Made by a program: the position numbers and the translations under genes | Notes under the pieces: generated by a model | What the model was told of the DNA's origin: nothing | Seen by the model: the letters and a program-made list of their open reading frames with translations, nothing else | Database searches by the model: none | Part shown: positions 28,269 to 36,418 of the stretch, piece by piece | How the letters are laid out: every line of letters begins with the position of its first letter | Numbering within the stretch: position 1 is the first letter of the stretch | Virus record (IMG/VR): IMGVR_UViG_3300008952_002488 | Span: 32,001 to 96,000 of that record | From: a virus | Direction: 5' to 3' (one strand) | DNA: 64,000 bases

Positions 28269-29446
28269 CGAAAAAAGCTGAACTCGTTGCCGAAATGGAA
28301 GCAGGAATTAAGGTAGCTGAGGAGTTTGAGAAGGCTGGTGCGTTTTACGGAGACTCCAAAGACCTGCGGCAAGAAAAGGACCGAGAAGTCGCAGAGTTCT
28401 CTCAGACGCTAAACGATGGGCAAAGAATCAAGTTCCAGAAGGAACTGGACAGACTAGAGCTTCTATCCCGTTCGAGCGGGGCGAGCATCGCCACGTCTAT
28501 ACTTTCGTTGGACGCCTATATCAAAGGGAAGAGTAAAGTAAAAGTGGAGTTCTGGGGTCGGGAGGGGCTCAAAGAAGGGGTTGGACAAAAGACCGACCTA
28601 AAGACAACTCTCATCAACCCCAATCTCGACGAGATGGTTTATAGCTTTTCCCTGAAACAGTACCGTAGGTCCGGACGCATTCAGGTTGGATCGGGCACCT
28701 ATTTGTCCACCTTTCTGGGGCTAGCGTATGACGTTGCTGGGCGAGGACGTTACCAGTCCCATGATAAAGAGCGGACTTTTGGCTCGAAAGGGAAATGCGA
28801 AGATGCCCGAGCCGAGATCCTCAAAGATTACGGCGTGGAATCTGCCAAGCTTTTGGATGAACTGGTGATTTTAACCGCTGGCGTAGCGGCCCTTCGTGGC
28901 AATAAAGTGTATCCGGGTGATGACTGGTGGAAAAAGAAATGTAAGGGTTTTACAGAATCGGCTGTTCCCATTTTTGAAAAATGGTTTAATTTCTTGCTTG
29001 AGCACGACCAAGATAAATTTATAGAACGTATTTTTCACCGAGCCGGTCTCGGGTGCGAGCATGAAACGGTGGTGACTTTCTGCCAAAACGGCGAGCCCCG
29101 GACCCTGAACACCTTGAGTGATCCGACGTTTGCGAAGACTATGAAAATTGGAAAAATTCCGATCAACCAACTCGAAGTGGAGACTAAGAGGTCCGGACAG
29201 GGTGAGGACGGGTGCAGCATTGATGTGAGGTTGCATCATACAACCTCCGGAAAGAGTTCGCCTTTAATGGAGTTGCAAATTCCCTTCACCCTCAATCGTA
29301 ATGGGGCATGGCAGTTGTGCAATGAAGCAGGGCGTTGGTGTAAAAAGGACAAGCAATTTGTTGAGTTTGGACACTTGCGCCCGGAAAAGTCTAAAGAATT
29401 GGCCACATCCACAAATATGTGGCTGAAAGTGCCTTTGGGCAAATAG
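28253..29446 (+). CDS. Putative PD-(D/E)xK restriction-type endonuclease
   Basis: QKTDLK...SFSLKQY pattern; directly upstream of a DNA MTase; GTG start after GAAGAGGA. Confidence 0.55.
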   Translation: MSNNLTKKAELVAEMEAGIKVAEEFEKAGAFYGDSKDLRQEKDREVAEFSQTLNDGQRIKFQKELDRLELLSRSSGASIATSILSLDAYIKGKSKVKVEFWGREGLKEGVGQKTDLKTTLINPNLDEMVYSFSLKQYRRSGRIQVGSGTYLSTFLGLAYDVAGRGRYQSHDKERTFGSKGKCEDARAEILKDYGVESAKLLDELVILTAGVAALRGNKVYPGDDWWKKKCKGFTESAVPIFEKWFNFLLEHDQDKFIERIFHRAGLGCEHETVVTFCQNGEPRTLNTLSDPTFAKTMKIGKIPINQLEVETKRSGQGEDGCSIDVRLHHTTSGKSSPLMELQIPFTLNRNGAWQLCNEAGRWCKKDKQFVEFGHLRPEKSKELATSTNMWLKVPLGK

Positions 29447-29467
29447 CGACGTGGAGGGGACAGTAAA

Positions 29468-30904
29468 GTGAGACGTGTAGTTGTGGGTAACCCCCCTTTT
29501 CAAAACCGGGAAAAGCAAGGGAAAACCCAACATAAAGTGTGGATCAAAATGACTCAGACTATCTTTGACCAAATGGACGAAGGAGACATTTTGCTGTGGA
29601 TAAGCCCTCAGAGTTGGTCATCGCCTAGCAATAAAATATTAAAGCTGATGAGGGAAAATCAGGTTAACTATGTGTCTCTCAATACCGACGAATACTTTGA
29701 GGGAATTGGTTCCTCGTTTAGTGACTACTCTATCACAAAAACTTCCGCACCCTCTGCGAACCCTACGCTAGTGTCGGATCGCAACCACACCCCGTGTCAT
29801 ATTGCTTTTAAAGATCTTTTTTATCTTCCTAACGATGTGTGTGCGCTGTCATTATCTATTCACAATAAGGTTATGTTTGGGGGCTGTGATTGTTTGGATG
29901 TTCGGCATGATTATGTAACCAATCATAATATTTTGTTACGGACAGGAACAACGCTTTCCAAGACTCCTACCTCACAACACATTTATCCAGTATTTCACAC
30001 TAATCGTCAAACATGGTATTCATCTCTCGAACAAAAGTGCATGACCGAGAAGAAGGTAGTGTGGACCCGGAGCGGATATCTTAAACCATTTTATGATGAC
30101 GGGACGATTGGAATAACGGACATGGCTTATTATATTCCCGTTAAATCTCGCACCAAGGGGGACCGGCTCGTAGAGAACCTGTCTTCTCCGCTGATGAAAT
30201 ATATCTTCACAACCGCTAAGTGGTCTGGTTTTGGAAACGAGCGAGTGTTTGAGCGGTTGCCTGCGGCGCTAGCCTCTCTCCGGAAAGAGGATTTGGCGGA
30301 TCACTTTAATCTGACATCCGACGAAGTGGCTTACATAGAAGAAGAGAGTTGGCGCAAGAAGCCCACGAAGGAGCTTCTTCTTGGTGGAGATTATACGGTC
30401 AAAACCCAAGGCAGGTCGGATATTTACGGAGAAGTGTTTACTCCGCCGGAGTTAGTAAATAAGATGCTTGATAAACTCCCACCGGAGGTCTGGGATCATT
30501 ATGATGAGCCTTGGACTTTTCTTGATCCGGCATGTGGTAATGGTAATTTTTTAGTAGAAGTTCTTCGGCGTCAGCTTGACGCAGGTGTTTTGCCTGCCAC
30601 CGCCCTTGGTTCTGTTTATGGTATTGATATAATGCCGGACAATGTGCTGGAGTGCAGGCAACGCCTTCTTTCCGTGGCTCTCCAGGCGCACATGGAGAGA
30701 GAAGAGGAGGCGAAGAGAGCGAACCCTGATGCTGTTTCTTGCCCATCTGCCGTGACCAAATTATACCTAATAGTGACTGAGCGCATTGCGGTGGCTAATA
30801 GTTTAGAAGATTCTTTGGAGGATGTCTTCCCCTACAGTCCGGACCCAGGGTTCGACTTCTGCGCCAACCGCCACCGCACCCAAAACGAAGGACCCTCAGA
30901 ATGA
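29468..30904 (+). CDS. N6/N4 DNA methyltransferase (Eco57I-like), circularly permuted
   Basis: NPPF at residue ~8; GEVFTP, FLDPACGNGNF and YGIDI lie in the C-terminal third; SD GGAGGGG. Confidence 0.85.
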   Translation: MRRVVVGNPPFQNREKQGKTQHKVWIKMTQTIFDQMDEGDILLWISPQSWSSPSNKILKLMRENQVNYVSLNTDEYFEGIGSSFSDYSITKTSAPSANPTLVSDRNHTPCHIAFKDLFYLPNDVCALSLSIHNKVMFGGCDCLDVRHDYVTNHNILLRTGTTLSKTPTSQHIYPVFHTNRQTWYSSLEQKCMTEKKVVWTRSGYLKPFYDDGTIGITDMAYYIPVKSRTKGDRLVENLSSPLMKYIFTTAKWSGFGNERVFERLPAALASLRKEDLADHFNLTSDEVAYIEEESWRKKPTKELLLGGDYTVKTQGRSDIYGEVFTPPELVNKMLDKLPPEVWDHYDEPWTFLDPACGNGNFLVEVLRRQLDAGVLPATALGSVYGIDIMPDNVLECRQRLLSVALQAHMEREEEAKRANPDAVSCPSAVTKLYLIVTERIAVANSLEDSLEDVFPYSPDPGFDFCANRHRTQNEGPSE

Positions 30905-31188
30905 ACAAAAAACACAAAAAGAAATTAAAGCGAGCAGCAAAGAGAAAAAAGGAAAAAGCTTTTGCACAAGAGACCGAACGGGTGCAAAACAAAATGAAGA
31001 AACAGATGGGGGTGTTTGACAGGCTCCCTGAAGATTGTTCTACTTGTGAAAAGGATTTCCCTAAAACTCGTGAGGCACATATGACCTGGCGAGTGGTGGT
31101 GAAAACAGAGAAAGAAAAGGTCTGGCTATTCTGTCCGGACTGCCAAGAGAAAGCCAAGGAATTGGTGGAGAAACAAAATGAAGTTTAA
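30901..31188 (+). CDS. Basic Zn-finger protein
   Basis: Lys-rich N-terminus; CSTC..CPDC. Confidence 0.65.
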   Translation: MNKKHKKKLKRAAKRKKEKAFAQETERVQNKMKKQMGVFDRLPEDCSTCEKDFPKTREAHMTWRVVVKTEKEKVWLFCPDCQEKAKELVEKQNEV

Positions 31189-32218
31189 AGAAGCAGTCAC
31201 CTACGACGACATGCTCATCGTGCCGCAGTACAGCGACATCACGAGCAGGAGCGAGGTAGACATTAGCAGCAATCTTGGTCACAGGGAGTTCCACCTTCCT
31301 GTGATTGCCTCTCCGATGGACACCGTATCCGAGGTCCAGATGGCTCTGGCTATGAATGAGGCAGGAGGTCTTGCTGTTCTCCATCGGTATAATACAATTA
31401 CCGAACAGCAAAAGATGGCGCACAAAGTTGTTCATCACACAGATTGGTCTGGTCAGGTGGCTGCTGCCATCGGCGTGACCGACGACTACTTAGAGCGAGC
31501 AGAAGCTCTTATCGCCACGGGTGTTGATATCCTTTGTGTAGATGTGGCACATGGCCATCACTCTTTAATGAAAAAAGCCCTCACGACCTTGCGGGAAGAG
31601 TATGGAAATCATATCTATATTATGGCAGGAAATGTCTGCACCCTGGAGGGCATCAATGATCTTGCAGATTGGGGCGCTAATGCTGTACGTTGTAATATTG
31701 GTGGTGGCTCCATTTGCAGCACTCGTCTGGTTACGGGACACGGTTTACCGGGACTACAAACAATCCTTGACTGCGCCAGAACAGACCGAGATGTCGCCAT
31801 CATCGCCGACGGAGGAATTAAGTGCTCGGGAGACATTGTTAAGGCGTTGGCAGCGGGGGCAGACTTTGTAATGTGTGGTTCGCTACTGGCAGGAACAGCC
31901 GAAAGCCCCGGTAAAGTAATTAGTTTACCTAGTAACGTCCGAGTAAAAGAATATCGAGGCATGGCTTCCAAAGATGCTCAACTTGATTGGCGCAACAAGT
32001 CATCCACCCCAGAGGGCGTGGCGTCCTATGTCCCCTTCAAGGGTAGTGTGCGTGATATCCTCCGAGACCTAGAAGGAGGGATTAAGTCTGGACTTTCTTA
32101 TACCGGCGCTCGGGACTTGACAGAACTGCGCCACAAGGTAGAATGGGCTCGCCAAACTTCTGCGGGAACCCAAGAGAGTGGAACTCATATTTTTACACAG
32201 AATGGAACAAGAAAATAA
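31178..32218 (+). CDS. guaB: IMP dehydrogenase / GMP reductase family protein (no CBS domains)
   Basis: TYDDMLIVP, SPMDTV, DVAHGH, catalytic GGGSICSTR, ADGGI, YRGMAS, PEGV. Confidence 0.88.
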   Translation: MKFKEAVTYDDMLIVPQYSDITSRSEVDISSNLGHREFHLPVIASPMDTVSEVQMALAMNEAGGLAVLHRYNTITEQQKMAHKVVHHTDWSGQVAAAIGVTDDYLERAEALIATGVDILCVDVAHGHHSLMKKALTTLREEYGNHIYIMAGNVCTLEGINDLADWGANAVRCNIGGGSICSTRLVTGHGLPGLQTILDCARTDRDVAIIADGGIKCSGDIVKALAAGADFVMCGSLLAGTAESPGKVISLPSNVRVKEYRGMASKDAQLDWRNKSSTPEGVASYVPFKGSVRDILRDLEGGIKSGLSYTGARDLTELRHKVEWARQTSAGTQESGTHIFTQNGTRK

Positions 32219-32541
32219 TGTTTTATAGAAAATCACCAAAAGAACAACAAGAAGATATTGACCGTCAACCAACGGATTTTGAGGTTCAGTATAGCGAGAG
32301 CCCAACCTGCTTTGAGGTCCACGAAAAGTGGAAACTTCCATGCGATCAAACTGAGTGTCGCAACTTTATGAATTTCGAAGAAGATCTCAACTGCGCCGTG
32401 GTTTGTGCCCGCAAGAATGAAAACGGACTAAGTTTGCGAGAAGTTGCGGAGCGGATGGGGGTCAGCTTCCCAAGAATCAGCCAGATTGAACACGCTGCGT
32501 TTAAGAAATTAAAAGCTGCTGGGGTTTTTGAAGAAGAATAG
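32218..32541 (+). CDS. Cys-rich protein with sigma70 region 4 HTH
   Basis: GLSLREVAERMGVSFPRISQIEHAAFKKL preceded by five Cys. Confidence 0.7.
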   Translation: MFYRKSPKEQQEDIDRQPTDFEVQYSESPTCFEVHEKWKLPCDQTECRNFMNFEEDLNCAVVCARKNENGLSLREVAERMGVSFPRISQIEHAAFKKLKAAGVFEEE

Positions 32542-32562
32542 GGTTTTTTCTATATTATCAAA

Positions 32563-32570
32563 CTATTTAT
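32563..32570 (+). promoter_or_regulatory. Candidate late promoter CTATTTAT
   Basis: Motif recurs in intergenic gaps before virion-like genes (35089, 49627, 59192, 63555). Confidence 0.55.
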
Positions 32571-32618
32571 TTTTGATTGCGCTCATTGCGTGAATCTATA
32601 AAAGGAGAAAACATCACA

Positions 32619-33152
32619 ATGTCGAAGAAAAAGGCACTCATTAAAGAAACAGTAGTTCGTCGCTGGGGTAAGCTTGCTAACATCCATCCCTTGACTGAAA
32701 CTTTCCTTGAGGATACAGACCTGTATGAACAAGAAGAGGAAGGGGAGGAACTCGACGCTGAGGAAGCTGGTGCGGAAGACATGGAAGTACCCGTTGAAGA
32801 ACCCGGCGCTGAAGAAATGGACGCAGCGGCTCCGGCAGGAGAAGAGGAAGCTGTTGAGCGCATCGTCACTGCCGTTGTAGATGCCATCGCCGACGAAACA
32901 GGTGTTGACATTGAAGTCGAAGGTGAGGCTGGAGAAGCCGAAGGCGAAATGGAAATGGAAATGGGCGAAGAGCCACCTGAAGCGGTCGCTCTCGAAGAGC
33001 CTGCTGCCGAAGAGGAAGAGCCCGCTCCCGCTGGACGTGATATGGCTTACAACCGCAAGGATGAAGAACTCAACATCGATATGATTGACGATGAGGACCT
33101 TACCGAAGCAGTTCTCAAGCGAGTGGTTGAACGACTCCTTCGCCGCAAGTAA
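32619..33152 (+). CDS. Highly acidic protein, prohead core/scaffold-like
   Basis: LIKETVVRRWGKLA N-terminus, Glu-rich body, C-terminal EAVLKRVVERLL helix; SD AAGGAG. Confidence 0.55.
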   Translation: MSKKKALIKETVVRRWGKLANIHPLTETFLEDTDLYEQEEEGEELDAEEAGAEDMEVPVEEPGAEEMDAAAPAGEEEAVERIVTAVVDAIADETGVDIEVEGEAGEAEGEMEMEMGEEPPEAVALEEPAAEEEEPAPAGRDMAYNRKDEELNIDMIDDEDLTEAVLKRVVERLLRRK

Positions 33153-33168
33153 TCCTTCGGGAGAAAAC

Positions 33169-34113
33169 ATGAACCGTTTTCAAGCAAACGACCTCCGTAA
33201 TTTGATTACCGAGGTCGTTTCTGCTTATCAGGCAGAAAAAAGAAATAAATGGCTACTGGAAAGCCCCGAAGTAATTGAGGAAGGGGTCTTTGATCCCGGC
33301 ATCCTCAAAGCAATCTTCACGGCTGGCGGACCAGGCAGCGGAAAATCTTTTGTAGCAGACATGCTAATGGGAGCCCGATCTCTTGAGCCGCCTCACGCAA
33401 GATACTTTGAGGAAAACACTTCGTATCTTCCTAGCGGCATCAAGTATGTCAACTCTGACACGCTCTTCGAGAGAGGACTCATGAAGATGGGCATCAGCCC
33501 GAAAGACCTTGCGGATATCGAGGGACTGCCCAGCGACGAGTTGTGGGATATCATTCAGGGCGGCGACCCAGAATCTGTTCGCAATGTAGCCAAAGGACAG
33601 CTTAATGCCAAGCGTGCTTTTTTTGAGAGCGGACGCCTGGGTGTGCTGGTTGACGGAACCGGCCGCCAATACGACAAAATCCTGGGACAAAAAGAAAAAA
33701 TGGAGAAGCTAGGATACGACACCGCAATGGTGTTTGTGAACACTTCTCTTGATGTTGCCCAACAACGCAATGCAAACAGGTCACGCCAACTTCCCGAGGA
33801 AACAGTAGAAGACCTGTGGACTCAGGTACAGGAAAACCTGAAAGCCTACGCTCAACTTTTTGGAAACGACTTTACAATTATTATGAACGATGCCCCAGGG
33901 CCACCACCTGACTCAGCGGTCAAAGGACTGGACGACTTTGTGGATGCCCCGGTCAAAAACCCAGTCGGACAAGCGTGGATTGAGGGCGAACTTGAACGCC
34001 GTGGCGTCCAAACTCTTGAGCCCGGCGGAGCAGGCGGTTTCCGTGGAGACCGAGAATCTGCCGAGCGGATTGCTCGTATGAGACAAACAAGAGACGAACA
34101 GGGGGCAGAGTGA
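33169..34113 (+). CDS. P-loop kinase (zeta-toxin/AAA_33-like) with N-terminal leader
   Basis: KAIFTAGGPGSGKS, VNSD, LVDGTG, MVFVNT, RNANRSR. Confidence 0.75.
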   Translation: MNRFQANDLRNLITEVVSAYQAEKRNKWLLESPEVIEEGVFDPGILKAIFTAGGPGSGKSFVADMLMGARSLEPPHARYFEENTSYLPSGIKYVNSDTLFERGLMKMGISPKDLADIEGLPSDELWDIIQGGDPESVRNVAKGQLNAKRAFFESGRLGVLVDGTGRQYDKILGQKEKMEKLGYDTAMVFVNTSLDVAQQRNANRSRQLPEETVEDLWTQVQENLKAYAQLFGNDFTIIMNDAPGPPPDSAVKGLDDFVDAPVKNPVGQAWIEGELERRGVQTLEPGGAGGFRGDRESAERIARMRQTRDEQGAE

Positions 34114-34487
34114 CCTTTGACGTCCTCAAGCTGCTAGAAGAAGAAGGCTACATCAAAGACGGTGAAGACAATTTAGTTCACGCCGAAAAAGCTTTCTTTG
34201 CAGCCCGAGTCATGAAATGGATTAGAAACAAGGTTCAGACTGAGCCTGATTTTGATCTACCTGCCTACTTAACCATGTTGATGTATTATAAAACAGATAT
34301 GGCAGACTTAAAGTTTTCGGAAGATGAAGATAAACTACTATACAAGATGAAGAATCCAGACAGGGAGGTGCAGGAAATTGTGGACTCACTTATTAAAAAT
34401 CTTAACAAGCCTATTTCAGAACCTTCCAAAAAAGAAGGAGCAACCACCAGTGCATCCGAAGATGCTGATGGAACTCCTGACCCCTAA
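34110..34487 (+). CDS. Hypothetical protein
   Basis: GTGA-coupled 125 aa ORF. Confidence 0.6.
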   Translation: MTFDVLKLLEEEGYIKDGEDNLVHAEKAFFAARVMKWIRNKVQTEPDFDLPAYLTMLMYYKTDMADLKFSEDEDKLLYKMKNPDREVQEIVDSLIKNLNKPISEPSKKEGATTSASEDADGTPDP

Positions 34488-35088
34488 AGACATAAAGTCA
34501 TACTTTGCTGCCAAAGGATACAAGTTTTTTGACACTCCCGACAGGAAACTAAACCTTAACATAATTGGCGTGCGCCGTGACAACCAGGGAACCAACACCT
34601 TTGATGATTTTCTGCTTGTAATGTATCGGGAAGAAGAACTGATGATCAGTCATCGCTGGCAAGCCACAACTGACCCAGGGAAGTACTGGCTAGAAAACCC
34701 AATGAACCCGAAAGGCACAGCCGTCCTTTCGCCAGGTCAGTACCGAGGCACTTGGCAGCTTGGTAAACACCAAGGAAAATACGAGGCACTTGTTCAGAGA
34801 AGACCAGTAAAAGTTTGGCGGGACAATAACAAAGATGAGGTTATAGATTATAATAATATAACACTTCTATCTGAGGAGGGTTATTTCGGAATAAACATTC
34901 ACCGCAGTAATCCGTATGACCAGTCGTACCTTGTCAACAAATGGAGTGCCGGCTGCCAAGTTTTTAAAAAAGCGGAAGATTATAATAAGTTTATAGAACT
35001 TTGCAGAGAGTCAGCGAAGATCTACGGCAACAGCTTTACTTACACCTTGGTTGACGAAAAAGATTTGAGGAAACACCTAAATAGTTGA
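34450..35088 (+). CDS. YkuD-like (L,D-transpeptidase fold) peptidoglycan enzyme, candidate endolysin
   Basis: GINIHRS...WSAGCQV (His...SxGC); GTG after AAGAAGGAG. Confidence 0.65.
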   Translation: MHPKMLMELLTPKDIKSYFAAKGYKFFDTPDRKLNLNIIGVRRDNQGTNTFDDFLLVMYREEELMISHRWQATTDPGKYWLENPMNPKGTAVLSPGQYRGTWQLGKHQGKYEALVQRRPVKVWRDNNKDEVIDYNNITLLSEEGYFGINIHRSNPYDQSYLVNKWSAGCQVFKKAEDYNKFIELCRESAKIYGNSFTYTLVDEKDLRKHLNS

Positions 35089-35096
35089 CTATTTAT
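35089..35096 (+). promoter_or_regulatory. Candidate late promoter CTATTTAT
   Basis: Recurrent motif directly upstream of a leader-bearing gene. Confidence 0.55.
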
Positions 35097-35124
35097 ATGT
35101 AGCACTTTTGGGAGAGCTTTATTT

Positions 35125-35952
35125 ATGCAACATAGATTAATCATGGAGAATTGGCGCAATTTTCTGGAACAGCCGGGGGATCCATTCCTTATTTACGAAA
35201 GAAAAGGTAAAATAGAGCAGGTAAATTTTCAGCACCTGCTAAAGGAAGTTGACCGAGGTAAAGTATCACACAAGCAAGCGTACCTAATTTTTGAAAGAGC
35301 GTTTGATTATGGGGAAAGACAGCTTCTAGAAGAAGGACTTTGGGATCTTATTGTTCAAGGATACGACAAAGCCGGTGAAATTGTTAGCAATGTCGCCGCC
35401 GACGTCAAGGCAGCGTGGGAAAAAGTAAGCGATTTTTATTTGAATATGATGATCAAGGCGATGGGACTGGCCAGCCGTGGCATTCAGTTCTTTTCCAAGT
35501 ATGCCAGAAAAGTGTTAGATGCGATTGATAAGTTTCAGGAGAAGCATCCTATACTTTATAAAATTATTGTTGCTGTTATAATCATTCTGATTATTTACGC
35601 TTTGTTTGGGTCGTCTAACGCTCAAGCAGCAGTTCGGGTTGGCGACAAAACTATGACCGACACAGAGTACAAGGCTGTCCAAGGGGTGCTAGAGACGGCA
35701 TCAAGAGATGCTTCAATTGCCGACGTAGGATTCAGAACCGCTGTTGGCGAGGCGCAAGTAGCCCTCCAGCAAGCCCACCAAACCGGCGAATCAATTAATA
35801 TAAATGATCTAGCGCCTACTGTGCAGGAGGCTTGGAGTATCGTGGACACCACTTTAAACACAGCAGCCCAAGGCGATAAGGCCGCTGGTCAGGTGTTTAA
35901 TCTATGGTACAAGCTTGGCGACGCTCTTAGAATCACAAGCATAGGAATGTAA
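35125..35952 (+). CDS. Leader-bearing membrane protein
   Basis: MQHRLIMENWRNFLE leader; TM helix IIVAVIIILIIYALF. Confidence 0.65.
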   Translation: MQHRLIMENWRNFLEQPGDPFLIYERKGKIEQVNFQHLLKEVDRGKVSHKQAYLIFERAFDYGERQLLEEGLWDLIVQGYDKAGEIVSNVAADVKAAWEKVSDFYLNMMIKAMGLASRGIQFFSKYARKVLDAIDKFQEKHPILYKIIVAVIIILIIYALFGSSNAQAAVRVGDKTMTDTEYKAVQGVLETASRDASIADVGFRTAVGEAQVALQQAHQTGESININDLAPTVQEAWSIVDTTLNTAAQGDKAAGQVFNLWYKLGDALRITSIGM

Positions 35953-35962
35953 GGAGAAAATA

Positions 35963-36418
35963 ATGTCCCAATATAAAATCACTAAAAAACGGTTAGCGCA
36001 AATCATAAAAGAAGAATACCAAAACCTTCAAGAACTTGAGGACCCTCGCAGCCCAAGCCCAATGTCGTGGGAACACGAGGGTGCGGCTGACGACTTCAGA
36101 AATCAGATTATGAATTTGGTCTTCAAATTAGCGCCCCTCACTCTTGATCCCAAGACTGCCAACGCCGTCGAAATTGAAATTCGAGATGTACTTAACACTC
36201 TCAACATTGGCACAAACCCAAGAGACCAGTACCGCCAAGAAGAATCCAAGAAAGCCAAGAAAGATTTTGATGGTGATGGTGAGGTAGAGTCCGCAGAAGC
36301 GGAGTGGAAGGGTTCTCGGGACAAAGCAATTGATAAAGAAAAGGAAGACGAGAAAGTTAGCAAGGAATCGCTGGACTCTATTCGTGACCTGATCATGCAA
36401 GAACTAAAGAACCTCTAA
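35963..36418 (+). CDS. Leader-bearing acidic virion-like protein
   Basis: YKITKKRLAQIIKEE leader; DFDGDGEVES EF-hand-like loop. Confidence 0.6.
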   Translation: MSQYKITKKRLAQIIKEEYQNLQELEDPRSPSPMSWEHEGAADDFRNQIMNLVFKLAPLTLDPKTANAVEIEIRDVLNTLNIGTNPRDQYRQEESKKAKKDFDGDGEVESAEAEWKGSRDKAIDKEKEDEKVSKESLDSIRDLIMQELKNL

